Positions 1 through 15,444 of a stretch of DNA of 64,000 nucleotides are shown here, piece after piece; positions within the stretch are counted from its first letter, which is position 1, and every line of letters begins with the position of its first letter. The notes beneath the pieces are model-generated. The model did no database searches and had not been told where the DNA came from. It worked only from the letters and a program-made list of their open reading frames with translations. The position numbers and the translations under genes are program-made. The stretch is taken from NCBI RefSeq assembly GCF_009914755.1, contig NC_060926.1, one strand, 5' to 3'. Source of the stretch: the human T2T-CHM13v2.0 reference genome, Homo sapiens.

Positions 1-29
1 AATTTTGAATAATCCTCAGTAATCAAAAC

Positions 30-190
30 CCTGTGATGTTGAAATACGATTATGTCCAATTATTGATAAGGAACATGAAGTACAGAAAATAACTTAAGCG
101 GGATCACGTAGCTGGAAAGTAGTAAAGGCAAAATTTGAACCCAGGAAGCTTGAGCTCTAGAGCAAGTGCTTTGAATTTTTACATTCTGCT
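30..190 (+). mobile_element. MIR SINE relic
   Basis: Diverged MIR core: 'gataaggaacatgaagtacaga...tcacgtagctggaaagtagtaaaggcaaaatttgaacccagg'. Confidence 0.55.
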
Positions 191-979
191 GCCTCTCATC
201 AAGAGAACTGCTATCTTCCTAGATCACTGGGCACAAAATATTGGATTATAGTAATTTAGGCCAAAACTTGAACCCTAAACCAAAGCTTAAGTCAAATACT
301 AATCCCAATTCTTGATTATAAATGTTTTATTTTCTAACAATTTACCAGCAAATCTTAGCATTGCTCCTTCTAAATCACCAGGAACTCTCCACTCCTGCCT
401 TTGTCAGTTCTCCCGAGGGCACTGGTTCTCCAAATGCACAGTTTAACATCTTCACAAATGAATGCCTGCCACAATGCCCATTTTGGCCTCCAGTCTATTT
501 GATGCCCATCTCTTATCACCATTACTAATTCAAACATCTCTTGCATAACTCGAACTGCATAGCTAACTTCATCTAAACCACAAAGCAGAAAAAAATTATG
601 CAGATGTGCACAGCCAACATGGAAGTCCATTGATTTCTTGGGGCCAAATGTAATGAATTCTCATCACAAATTTTATGTTCATGAATGGGGAGAGAGACTA
701 ATAGTAATGAACACTGTCAAAGACCACATTTGAGAAAATAGCATACAAGAGATTATAATATAATAATGTCATAATGCTGCAAATAAAGGAAAAACTAAGT
801 TTAGTATCTGGCTCCCTCTGTGATATATGCAAAGCTTTGAACAAGTTGCAGAAACACTATGCCTCAGTAGTCACAGAAGTATATTACCTATGTATTTATA
901 TAATCTAATATATTTTATAATATAAGGAATGTGTTTAATGCTATGACAAGGCATTAAGAATCTTTAAACCAGTGTGAAT

Positions 980-1019
980 GAGTCAAGTCCTGCCTCCTGC
1001 TTCCTACCTCATTCCCCTC
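980..1019 (-). mobile_element. Polypurine tract plus ~30-bp stub of the 3' LTR (MER66-like) of the ERV
   Basis: Minus strand reads GAGGGGAA|TGAGGTAGGAAGCAGGAGGCAGGACTTGACTC directly downstream of the env-end sequence once the Alu is removed; resembles the MER66 LTR start as I recall it. Confidence 0.55.
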
Positions 1020-1045
1020 TCAGAGATTAGATACTCCTTCTAATC

Positions 1046-1345
<300 letters not shown>

Positions 1346-1522
1346 TACTTCTACTCTTAATGGTGCTGCAGAAGGGCAGAAGTATGTCTTTTGTAACTGC
1401 TCTTGCTGAGCTTATGGACATAGGCCCTGCCTAGTACCAGAAGAGTAAAAATCTCTGGTTACTTGATCTAAGGTGCCAAGAGGCAGGATGCTTTTATTCT
1501 CCAGGTCAGTAGATGGGATAGG

Positions 1523-2760
<1,238 letters not shown>

Positions 2761-4419
2761 ATAGCCCCCAACAGACTGAATGAGTACCACACTCCTAGCT
2801 GAAAGGAATGAAGTTTGGCAGGCCCCAACCAGCCTCCAAACCCTTCTAAGCAATATAAGAGTGAAAAACCAAAAGCTAAAATTAAAGTTACACATAAAGA
2901 AAAACCAAGAGTAAACCATAGAATTAAGCTATATTGAAGGAAAACACTGCTCCCACAGACCTCTAAGACAAAACAGTGTAGCATTAGGCCACAATAGCAG
3001 TTACGATCAAGGAAGAAAAGACAGGAGCTGACAAAAATTGCTAAAAACAGAGAGTTAAATGAATCTGAGAAACTTGAAAAATATCAGAGGATTGGATTGA
3101 AAAGCAAAATTTCTGGTAATGTAGCAAATTAATACCTTGAGAAAATTTGATTCCGATATGGAGACCAGTTTTTAGAGTCGACTACAAACGATTTTCTTTA
3201 ATCTTAGCAAGTTTAATTATACACAAAATTCCTTTCATAGATTCCCCTTATGAACCTCATCGTGACTTACACAGACCATCTACAACATGCTTGAACTTTC
3301 TGACTTGGCCTATACTACCTCTTTCTTAAATAAGCAGTCATTTTACTCTATGACAAAACTTTACTATATAATATCCCTCTTCATATAAGGTTACTCTTTC
3401 TTTATATCCTTCCTCGCAAAAAAAAAATCAAAACAAACAAAAAAAAACCCTGCATTTTCTATCCATAACATTCTTTACATCTCTCTTTCTAACTCACTGG
3501 TTCTCTTATATTTTGAACTTCCCCTTTAATAACTTCTGAATTAGACAATTTTTCTCAATAAAGAATACATTTCTTTGGCACATTTTATATAAATCTAGGA
3601 AGCAAGAAATCCTGAACTGCCCACCAGATATTGTCTTTCTATAGATGAAAAGTATTGCACAGTTAAGACTTTAAACCACACAGTAAACTCAATATTTAAG
3701 CATCTATTCCATTCGCATGTATTTAACTCTTTCGCTTTCAACAGTTTTATCTAGACTACCTCTAAGAACCAATATATCACACAAAGCTAGTCACCATTGA
3801 AAGCCATTTTAACCATTTTAAAGCCTATGAATATCAGTGATTTACCTAAGTAAAAATCTTAATGTTAAATTTAAGACATAACATTCTCTTCAAACCAATA
3901 AGCTCTGACTAGTTTTGTTTAATTTATGAGCACTTTTTTTTATCCATAAGCCAATTTGATAGTATGATAGACACGACACATATCACAATACCTGTATATA
4001 CACCTAAACAAACACATGAAATAAAACTACCCATACAAGACAACTGGATTCAAGTTACTTACAAAATTGGGACTTATCTACCTGGCCAAATTGTGTTAGC
4101 CCCAATATGTATGGAAAAGAGGAGGAGGCAAAGAAGGGAATCCCATAGCATCAAATAACAAAGGTAGGGGGCAAATTGCATTGCTCAAGGTGAGAACCCA
4201 GAGTCCCCAAGCCACCAGAGAGCTCACTCAGCAGTGGGGAAACCAAAGAAAAATGTTCAGGCAGCTGCTTGTCTGCCACTGCAGTAAGCTGCTTGGGTCA
4301 AGGGTCCAAGACTCCCAGTAAAAATAAGCAAGGCAGCTTATTGGAACTAGTGGAAGAAGGTTAGCACTAGTATTGATGGGGAGACTTTTTTTTTTTTTTG
4401 CATCTCTTACTGGTGACAG

Positions 4420-5659
4420 TTAGGACTTTCTCATTGTCAATGGCCCTCTTGCTCATTGTAGGCACACTGATTCTGGCCCAGGGCTGGTGAGTTCAGGGCT
4501 CTTTTCTGGGCATCCCAGACACAGATTTTGTGACATTTTCTCAAGACAGGTAACCCCCAGAGGGAAGGGATTAAAGCAACTGTTAACAATTGCTCTTTTT
4601 GGGTATTTCTTTGGTTTCATTTTTTGTTTGTTTTCACCTTTTTTGCTTTTCGTCTATTGCAAACTTTAAAGGCTCTATTTAGGAGTTGGCTCATAGGGCT
4701 TTGAAGTCCCATTGCTGATTTTTGTGGCTTCCTCCTACTATCAGGGTCAGGTCGAGTAATAAAATGTACATTCAGGAGAACTTGCCCTTCTGGGGAGTCT
4801 GGGTCTGCATTAGCATATTACCTCAATGCCTCACCAAACATCCCTGAAACAAAGGGAGGTTTTCTTCTTTGCCCTTAGTTATTTCTCTAAACTTGTCATA
4901 ATTCACTGGCTTAACCATACACTTTTTCCTCTACTTTTTTTCCCACAGCACAGCAAGTGGATGAAAATATTTGTAAGTCATGAGATATTAAATCAAAGAA
5001 CATGGACAACTTCACAAACTCCTCTATAAACTTTTCTGGATTCTCTGAACACTGTCCAGATTTTTCCTGGTATAAAGCCAAATTATACAAAGAAAATGGC
5101 ATAAGTAATCTAAGTGTTCCCTCACTTCCATTAGCTACCTCCCACCACGGATTTAGGTTTGACTTCAGGGGCTAATATGAGGCCATTCATGGTGGTACTT
5201 CTTGGGCTTAATTTCTTGGGCAGTGTGGGGCCTAGGCTGGGGATAGTTGGATAAGGGGGAGAGGTACCTAATGACCTTGGAGTGGAATTCTTCTTCATTA
5301 GAGAACTGACGGGACCACTCCCTGATAATTGCAGGACTGAAGAGACCCTGGAGAGGGCACAGGCCTTCTATGGGGAGTAGCTTGGAGGGGATCCTTTAGG
5401 CATGGCTTTCTGAAAGTAACATGAGACAGTAAAGGGCCATCAAAACCTGTACATAAGGGACCTTCTCCCATTTGCCTTCTGTTTTACAAAATAAGTCTAA
5501 TAGTAAAATATCACTATAACATATAGAACTATTTTCAGGCCAAATCTGTTGGCTTTCTAATTTGTATTGAACCCAAATGGTGTTGCAATAGAAAATGAGT
5601 TTCTCCTCTATGCTGAATTTGAAATGGCTCCAATCACATAAAAGACACTCTATTGGTGA
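4420..5659 (-). pseudogene. Gammaretrovirus-like gag remnant
   Basis: Manual translation: MA SPIECLLCDW...KLIFYCNTIWVQY...IWPENSS...LDLFCKTEGKWEKVPYVQ; CA PFSLYNL...SENPEKFIEEF; MHR EITKGKEEN...EALR*YANADPDSPEGQ; decayed zinc knuckle NQCAYNEQEGH*. Confidence 0.88.
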
Positions 5660-8454
5660 GAGGGTAATGGTATCAAAAAAGGATTCATGAGGAGTTTTAA
5701 CTTTGTATGTAGTATTTTATGTTTTATGCTAGGGGTAAATACATTGATATTCAGCCAGTGATTCTTTTGTATGTCTCTAAAATTATTTTTACCATATTTT
5801 TTTAATTGGAGAAAAGTTTTGGGGAGGTATATGGGCATACCAATGTTAGCTAGTGGGGATGTTTTAGAAGACCATAATGTAAGAACATTTTGTTATTCTT
5901 TCTTCTTTATAAATCACAGGTCTTGATAATAAGTCCTTGGAGATCACTCACTTAAGGGGGAGACAGGAATTTTTTTAGAGCTTGAGGAGCTAAGTAATTT
6001 TTGTTTCATACTGGAGGAAACATTGAGATATTATAAGTAAAAGAAGGAAAGGCAATAATAAAAAGGGGATGTAGATCACAATACCCAGTGAACCAAGGAG
6101 ACTAGAAGTTAGCCACTCACTTTTTTATGGGTTCGTTTGATATTAACATCCAAACTTAACATCTGAATACTGTAGCTGAAGAAGTTTACTATACAAGCAA
6201 ATTTCATTACAATGAACGGAATCCGTTGAAGAATTCTACATAGCTACTATAGCCTCTTAGTTATGAATAGAGATGGTGGCAACTGTGAACTCTTCCAAAA
6301 ATGTTTCATCAATTAATGTACATACAAACAGATGGGTGAATGATTTGGTGGGTGAATAGAAATGCAACATTAGATGAGACATAGCTCAATATGTGGAGGT
6401 GTAGAAAAATAATGTTATATTTAATTAATTTTATTATATTTTATTTGTAAAAAAGAAAGCACAAAATTCAGAGAACATACTCTGTCTAAAAAGGTTATTT
6501 CTTAAGTTACTCTTTGCTTTAAAAGCTTCGTGAAGGTCTCCTACTTGTAAAAGATACCATGCTGGCAGATATGTTTTACTAATCTGTTCTAACTATGTGA
6601 TTACAAAATACCATTCAGCCCAGTAAATTTGCATTTGCCTTATTAATATGGCCAATGCCAGACTTTGTTCATGGGCATCTCACACTCCCTTTGCTGTTTC
6701 CTAAGGACCAGACTTAGAATACGGGGATCTATTTTAAAAGATATAATTGAAAACTACTTTCTGATATTAATTTCTATAAAATTTAATGCTACACATGAAA
6801 GCAGTATAAGAAAAATATATTCTTTCTTTTGTGTTGTTTCTGTTTTACAATTAACTATTATACACACACATACATACACAATCTAATTTCCTTAAGTCTT
6901 TTTTTTTCCTACTCCCAGCTAAAGTTAAATTTTGAATACATCCTTAACAATGAATTACACACATAAAATCACGAAGTAAAATTAAGAGTAAACAAGAAAA
7001 ACTTAATTACATATTAGGTAGAATCAGAGCAAAATAAAAATAATTATTCTCTGTTCTGAAGTTCAGGCTAATGTGACATTTGTAGAGCAGAAAGGGAATG
7101 AATTCCAGTGATAATTATTCTCCTTTTAAGTCATTAAATTCAAGTTCTAAGGATAAAATACAGTAATTTTTATCTTAGTGTTTTTAAATGAAGAAAGAAA
7201 ATCTTGAGCTAATTTCCTAAGTGTACAAACAGGGAGAAAGTCACAAAGGAAGCTCAGAGTACTATATTCACTTAGAAATAGAGACAGGGCCACCCAAGGA
7301 CCTCAACCTTCACCCCCACCACCCCATCCCCCTGGACTTGATGATCGGGTAGTTAAGCAAGGTGAAGAGAAGAAATTTTGCACACAGTGAGTGGCAGATT
7401 TAAATAGGGGAAGTGTTAGATACGATTTGGCAAAATATCATTAATTTGTCACACACCTTACATGTAATATTGCCATATTACAGTTGAACAAATTGAATTC
7501 TGAATATTACCTACTAATTCAATGTTCATTAGGCAGCAAAAGTTTGTCTTATTTATTTATGTAATCACTTTTGAAGGCACATATACATTAACTCAACATT
7601 TAAGGAGAAATCTGCTTTTACTAGTTGTCTCTAATAATATACGGAGGTTTGGGAACAGACCAGGAACAGCCCTGCTGTAATTGAAAGAAGTATGTCAGTG
7701 AAGATAACATAAACTTTGACAGTAAGAATTGTGGTCAAAACACTTTGGCCAAATTTTCTTCTTATGGGCCCTTGCCCTACCTCTCCTAATTGTCCTGAGT
7801 TTTTTAACCATCACTGACTCCCTCGAATTCTCCCACCAATAAAAAAATAGAAGTTGCATGAAAAACATGAGATATTGAGCTAAGAATCAAAGTTTTGAAA
7901 AAGTTTTAGTAATCACTAAACCATTCACCTTGTTGAAGCAGTAGATAAAAGATACAGTCCAAGGAGATAAGAGTATTTGAGTGATTCAGAAACCAATAAA
8001 GAAGGAATAACAAAATCCTGAAATAAAAATAGTACAGTCAGTGAGAGGGAAGAAATACCCGGATAAATAACCCATTTATGGGATTGTTCGCCAACCTAAT
8101 CAATTATCAATGAAATTCATACATGAGAACCTTCAAAACTAGCTCTGTTTCTGCGCAGTTTCTGTGAGCAATGCTAAGTAAATTGTTATATTTTATTTCC
8201 TTAATAAATTGGAAATGATACCATTGGTGTTCAGATATTATAAAAATGTGTAATATATGTTCTCCTACTCTCATTTTAAAAATATTTCATGTTTGAAGAA
8301 TTTTATAAAACCTTCTGTTAGAATATAAGAAATTCACATTTGTGCTTCAGATTCTGTTATGGTTTGGAATAAAGGATAACCACTTTCAAATCTTCCAAGC
8401 TTAAATTAAATTACCCTAAAATTATCCAGGATTGTGGTGTTCATAGCATAGAAA

Positions 8455-9087
<633 letters not shown>

Positions 9088-10134
9088 TATAGAGAATATT
9101 CAAGTGTCATAAGATAAGCACTGTCACTGGTTTGTTTACTGCTGTATCCCATGGAAACGTAACTTTGCATGGAACATAAAATTCATTAAATAGTTGTTAA
9201 GTGAATAACAAGAGTCAAGATGTTTTGGGCCTGCCTGCCATATGATCCTGAAAAGTTCTTAAAAGCATTATAGAGAGGATTAATAAAAAAAAATTAAGTG
9301 AATCAAATGACTATTACTCCAGAAAATGCTTCACAATGAAAAGGCACTCATGTTGTTACTGTTTTACTTTAAACATTTGGTATACAAACCTTCTTAAGAT
9401 CAAAATACTATGGTAAAAAACTGTGTGATCAAAAAGTACAGTCAGAATATTCTGGATTTCAACAGTGTGATAATTTTTAACAAATAATATTTTGTTCCAC
9501 TGTTAAATTGTGCTTAATTTCACAAAAATATATTTTAATTTGAGATTTTATTGCAAATACATTATAAACAACACACTAGAACTGATAAAAATAGATGTGA
9601 AAATACAATTTCTGATGGCAAAATATAATAAGTAGATGATAATAAATACAGTCTGAAATGAAATTCGGTGGTATCAAAAGGAACATCTATTATCATACAA
9701 TAGTTTATGCTTAAATCATGCATACTTCAAAATTCTCTTCAAATGATGCATTATAAAGATTATTGTGATGGGAGTTTAACCAAGTATTAGACAATGGCAA
9801 ATTTCTTTGCTATATAAGGTAATGTAACTAAGGTTTCCTTCTATTAAATTCACACTTTTTAAAAATATAGCAGGCAAAGACTGTCAGGTTCAAGCATTAA
9901 GTATTTATTTACTTATAAAATGCACACACTGTGAGGTCTAATGAAAAAATAACATAACCCAGCATTCAAATGCTCATAGTAGGCATCAGAGGAAGGTAAA
10001 TATTAATTCAGCTTAAGTACTTCTTTGTGCATTGCTCTTTATTGACATAGAAAACACAGATAATCTAAAATTATCTTCTATATAGAGATATAAAAATTGA
10101 GAGACTATAAAGTGCCCCCTCTTTTCAAAAGTGG

Positions 10135-11062
10135 ACCTTAAACACACAACAGTGAAAGTACTGTATGCCAAATGAACACAGGAGCCAACTGTGAAAGAGC
10201 TCCCAATGCCCAAAGCTGGAATAATTTGAGCCAAAAAATAAATCATGGCTAGTATGGGAATATAAGCCAAAATATGAAATAAATATCCATGAGTTCATAC
10301 TAATATAAATAGACAATTGAATAAGTAAATAAATAAATAAATAGCAGATAATAGACAAATCTTCCATGAAGAGTTCCAAAATTAAAAGTATGTGTATACT
10401 CCTAGTTCAAGAAGATGGCATATAGCCCCAACTTCTTGACTACAGGATGCCACAGTGACTTCATTTCAAAGAGGAGAATAGAGAAAGGCCAAAAAGAGTA
10501 CCTTTAGAGGGGAGAAAACTGACAAATAATTCCACAGCCAGACAATCATGGCCCACATAACCAGTGATAAATCATATTTATAGTACCTATGTTTGATAAT
10601 GATATGATAAGAATGTCACTTTATGGCATTCCTTCCAAAAATCCATCATGCCAGTCTAATCATGAGAAAAACACCAGGCAAAATCCATAAGACGTTCTAC
10701 ATTCTTCAAAATACCTGACCATGCTCTTCTAAATTGTCAAGTTCATTTAAAAAAAAAAGAAAAAAAGAAAGGCTGGGAAACAGTCACAGTTTCAAGGAGC
10801 CTAAGGAGGCATGCAGACTACATGAAGTATGGAATCCTGAATGGGATCCTTCGATAGGAAAGAGACTTTAGGCGAAAATTAAGGAAATTCGAATCAAATA
10901 TGAACTGTAGTTCATAATAATGCATCAATATTGGTCCATTATATGTGACAGTTGTGCCATACTAATGTGAGATGTTAACAGTAAGGAAAACTGTATATGA
11001 AATATATGAGACCTTTCTCACCACGTTTCCGTGAATCTGAAACCATTTCAAAATAAAAAGGT
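10135..11062 (+). mobile_element. L1MC-type 3' UTR fragment
   Basis: 'caggagccaactgtgaaagagctcccaatg', 'ctaatcatgagaaaaacaccag', 'atcctgaatgggatcct', 'tcaatattggtccatt' are L1MC 3'-end motifs. Confidence 0.75.
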
Positions 11063-11239
11063 TATTTTTATTTTATGTTATTTTATTTTGGGACAGGGTC
11101 TCACTCTGTTGCCCAGGCTTAAATGCAGTGGTGCATCTGTGGCTCACCACAGCCTCAGTCTCCTAGGCTCAAGCAATCCTCCCACCTCAGCCTCCAGAGT
11201 AGCTGTGACTACAGGCATGTAGCACTCAGATAATGTTCT

Positions 11240-11282
<43 letters not shown>

Positions 11283-11399
11283 TAGAGAAGAGGTCTTACT
11301 ATGTTGGCCAGGCTGGTCTTGAACTCTTGGGCTCAAACAATCCTGTCTCGGCATCCCAAAGTGCTGGTATTACAGGCGTGAAAGCAGTAGCACTCAGCC
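11063..11399 (-). mobile_element. AluJ with T39 central linker
   Basis: Alu dimer; T run 11243-11281; TSD-like aaaaggttattttt / aaaagattattttt. Confidence 0.93.
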
Positions 11400-12459
11400 T
11401 GAAAAGATTATTTTTGAAAAGATGAAATGGCTATCTATTCTTCACCATCACTTGGCATGTAGTAAAGGCAAGAAGCAAAGAAAACAACCTGAGGTGTTAA
11501 GGAGTCCATGTATACAACAATTATTTCTCATGTACATTTGTAAAATGGGGGTAATAATGTTACTGTCCTCAGACGCTTGGAAAACTGAGTTGTATTAGCA
11601 TGGGCAAAACCCTTATAATTGTACATAACTTATATAGAATGGACTCAAAATTATTTTTATCAATATGATTATTGGTAGTAGCGATATTATTACTCTTCCA
11701 CTATTTCCCAAAAAGCTGGCATTTGCTATAAATATTTGAGGCAATTTTCTCAATAAGAACACAATGTTAGAGTTATCACTCATTAACTGATTTTGTCAGA
11801 AGGAAGGTCTTATGAGCAAAGTTAGAAGGCTGTCAAAAGTCTGAGGTGGATATAGTTATTATAATATACATGATTATCTTATTAATGATCATTTGAAACC
11901 TAAAAATAAGGTGACAGTAGAGAAAAGGGCAAGTAAAATTGTAAATTTGGGGTTCTGGCAAAGTTCACTTCCATGTGATCATTATTTTTTAATGTTCTTG
12001 AGCTCCCAATATGAAGTGCTAGATTCTGAAGAGGACATAATGATGAGTATAAAGATGTAGTCATTCCACAAGGAGAACTTTATTATTGGTGCACTAAGCA
12101 GTGGTCCACAAAATCACAACTTTCCAGCACTAAAAATTCAAAACATATATGCTATCCAATATCTCTGGTCAATAATGTACATTTGGAATACTTAGGAATT
12201 GGAAAATGCCCTTTCCAGGATTTTTCATAGCTTGAGTGCTTTATATTTAATATCTATGCAATGGACCTCTGTCCACGAGGTTGTGGTAAGGTTATACGTA
12301 TCTTAATCTGTTTGCTTAGGAGCTATTTTTTATCCTTCCTTCTTCCCTTCTTCTTCATGTATCTGAAGATCCAGCTGTGGACCTGTATCAGCTGATATCA
12401 GCTCCTTCTTCCCTTTTCTTACCTTTGCAGGCTTGACTTCCTCAATGCATTTGTTCTAT

Positions 12460-12914
12460 TGTTACCAAAACACCAGGGGTTACTCAATAGAAAGCCAATC
12501 ACTGAGACAACAAGTATTGCCAGGGAAGAAGGTTGTATTCAGGTGCTTCAGCTGAGCAGATGGGAGATCAGTCTCAAATACATGTCAGCTGGTTCAAATT
12601 TTGGGTTTATATAGCAATCAGGTATGGGAAAAAAGGAATTAGGTAAGGGCAAGGTAGAGGAGTTGGTCTATAGGAAGCAGCTACTCAGTTAAGCAACCAT
12701 GATGCCTAAGGGGTCTGCGTCTCATTTTCCAGATGCAATAATCTGGTAAGTTTCAATTCCTTGATACTATCTGGAAGGCCTTATGGTTGGTTTCCTGAGA
12801 AGAGAACTCACATAAGACAAGTGTAACTTTCATAAATTTTAAGATTGGAAATTTTCTATGTTTATTCAAAAGAAATCATAAACGTGGTTTTATGGGACAA
12901 TTAGGCCAGTTTTA
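12460..12914 (-). mobile_element. Solo ERV1 LTR (MER39/LTR49-like)
   Basis: TG...(C>T)A termini; 4-bp TSD CTAT (12456-12459 / 12915-12918); minus-strand TATA ctatataaa at 12606-12614. Confidence 0.8.
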
Positions 12915-13728
12915 CTATCACTATACTCAGTTTCAAAACCCTAAAAAGAATGTGGGAGTTTATATGTATGTGACGGAATTTAGAGCCAATTACTTACCAG
13001 TAATTAACAGCAGACTGCCAACTACCATCAGTTCATCCTTGCTTACAGTTCATTGTAAAGTTTACACTATAAAATTCTCCTGCCTCTACTTCTCCATAAT
13101 GACAGCTGTGGGAGAGGTTCATAAGACATTTGAGAAAATCCCCTAGAAATGAATATTTTCCATTTCCATCAGGTCTGACAATGCTGCTTGGCAATACTTC
13201 TACACAAATTGTTATTCCCTGCCAACCTGCCTATTCCAACTCTTTCCCACTTATTGCATAAACCCCTCATTCTCTATAGAGGGTATTTCACCCACTTCTC
13301 TACACAAAAATCTTTAGCTTTTTTCTCTCTGAATTCTTTCTAGCTTCCTTCTCATCTCAAAGGATGCAGTTTCCCTCCTTCTTGTGCGTTTTTCCTCTTC
13401 TGCTTTTGATTTCATGCTCCCTGCCTAGTTCATCAGCTATCCTTTTTGTTTTGGCATTCTCATATGCCTCTACTAAATTACACACATTTAAATACAAAAT
13501 ACACACCGAAATATATACCTGACTACAGCATACATTGCTATGTAAACACTATGTAACAGAGCCACTGACTTCATTATCAGCAGGATGTGGCATTGTAGAA
13601 TTATTAATCTAGTATACAAAACAATTCCTAATTTAAATTTTTTTAACTGAAAATTTATGGCAAAGTCACCAAAAGAGGAGCATCTTTACAAGACATAGTG
13701 CTGCTTCTCTAAAAGTCTCTTCATCCAA

Positions 13729-13795
13729 TTTCATTCTCAATGCTTCACAAACTACAGCTGAGTTTTCACTCTCAATGCCTCACAAACTACAGCTG
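13729..13795. repeat. Two-copy 35-bp-period tandem duplication
   Basis: tttca(t/c)tctcaatgc(t/c)tcacaaactacagctg at 13729-13760 and 13764-13795. Confidence 0.9.
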
Positions 13796-14090
13796 TCTCC
13801 AATCAATCCCATACAATTCCTAGTTTCTAAAAACACTCTCAAAAATCCACTTGAGTAGGCTTTTATCTTTTTCAACTGTCACTCTTGCTCAGGTCTTTAT
13901 TTAATATATTTTATCCTTTTTATATCTTACAATATCTCTATTTCCCCATTATGTAGGTTCTATAGAAGTCAGAGAAGTTAGTAAGTTAAAGGAAAAGCAA
14001 GAATCCTCTCATTCTGGAAAGGTAGGGTTCTGGGAAAAAGATAACAAAATTTATAACATAGTGAGATTTTTATTTTACATCGTAACTTTT

Positions 14091-14419
14091 TTTTATTTTA
14101 TATATATATATATTTTTTATTATACTTTAAGTTCTAGGGTGCATGTGCACAACGTGGTTTGTTACATATGTATACATGTGACATGTTAGTGTGCTGCACC
14201 CATTAGCTCGTCATTTACATTAGGTTTATCTCCTAATGCTATCCCTCCCCCCTCCCCCCACCCCACAACAGGCCCTGGTATGTGATGTCCCCCTTCCTGT
14301 GTCCAAGTGTTCTCACTGTTCAATTCCCACCTATGAGTGAGAACATGCAGTGTTTGGTTTTTTGTCCTTGTGATAGTTTGCTGAGAATGAGACACATGCA
14401 CACGTATGTTTATTGCAGA
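14091..14419 (-). mobile_element. L1PA 3' end with 5' inversion
   Basis: Antisense L1PA 3' UTR 14091-14390, then sense L1 'gacacatgcacacgtatgtttattgcag' 14391-14418; 14-bp TSD acatcgtaactttt (14077-14090 / 14420-14433). Confidence 0.92.
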
Positions 14420-14559
14420 ACATCGTAACTTTTAAATGCCCTGTCTTTGAATCAGTAAGTTCCTAAACATTTAATCCAATTTTTTTCTCACTAATTAGAA
14501 ATATGCTTATATATTTGCCTTATAATAAATGAATTGTTTATGCATTACCAACTCATCAC

Positions 14560-15200
14560 TTAATTCAGTGCACTTAGTCCCTCAACTCTGTTAAGATGCT
14601 GCTTTTGAAATTCACTAATGACCTCTTAGGAATCAAACCAACAACTTCCTTTCAGATCATAATCCACTTGATCTATATTCATTTTTTGATCTTGATAGCA
14701 GATTTATCTATAAAATTCTTATCTTCCATTGACTTTTGATCTACAATTGTCCTCTGACCTGGCTCCCCTCCATTCTCTCACCTTCTGAACAAGGGCACTC
14801 TCCATTGTCTTGTCAGCTATCCTTTTCTTTTGCCATCTTTCTGAGCACCCTCCCCAGTTGGCATACTTTCATTATAACCTCCACATGCATTTCTCAATAC
14901 TCAGCCTTTGCTGATGTTCAGCCGGACTGCCTGGCTTTCTTGGAGCATACACTAAGCCTTTAAATGTTATTCCCACACACTTCCCTTCTATTTTACAAGC
15001 CTAACTTTGATCTCACTGTCTCCTCTACCCATGAGACTTTTTTTTTATTATACAAACAAGATGAAATGTCTATCTCCTCTGACACCACATGGTACTTTAT
15101 CTATACTTCTGTCTCATACTAATATAAATACCTATGCACTATAACAACCATGATATTTTGCACATTATAGGCACTCAACTTGGTGACAGTAAAATAAAAA
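14560..15200 (+). mobile_element. L2 fragments
   Basis: 'tcactaatgacctctt...aaaccaa', 'ctggctttcttggagcatac' are diverged L2 motifs. Confidence 0.5.
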
Positions 15201-15444
15201 TAGGGATGAGCAGAGGATAATACAAATAAGTGGTACAGAAGAGGACAGAAGTCAAAGGAAAAGGGCTGACACATAATATTGGTAATACTAAAAGCTAAAA
15301 GAAGTATCGGACATGTGGAAAGTGCTCTGCATTTTACCAAAATGTGAAAAGAGTAAGAGGAAGGCTGTCCTCTACTTGAGAGAATTGTTTTTGGGAAATA
15401 GTTTCAGGAGAAAATGAGAAGTTATAATTTATTGAGGGTAGTAG

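Noticed and set aside
322-630. Overlapping ORFs with a possible acceptor (ctaac...ccag at ~348)
   Set aside because: No recognisable protein and no convincing donor
5650-5838. Possible NUMT or continuation of the ERV leader
   Set aside because: No convincing match to mitochondrial genes, a PBS or an LTR that I can see
9540-9900. Possible 3' end of a minus-strand gene (AATAAA near 9548)
   Set aside because: The hexamer is common in AT-rich DNA and no linked coding exon was found
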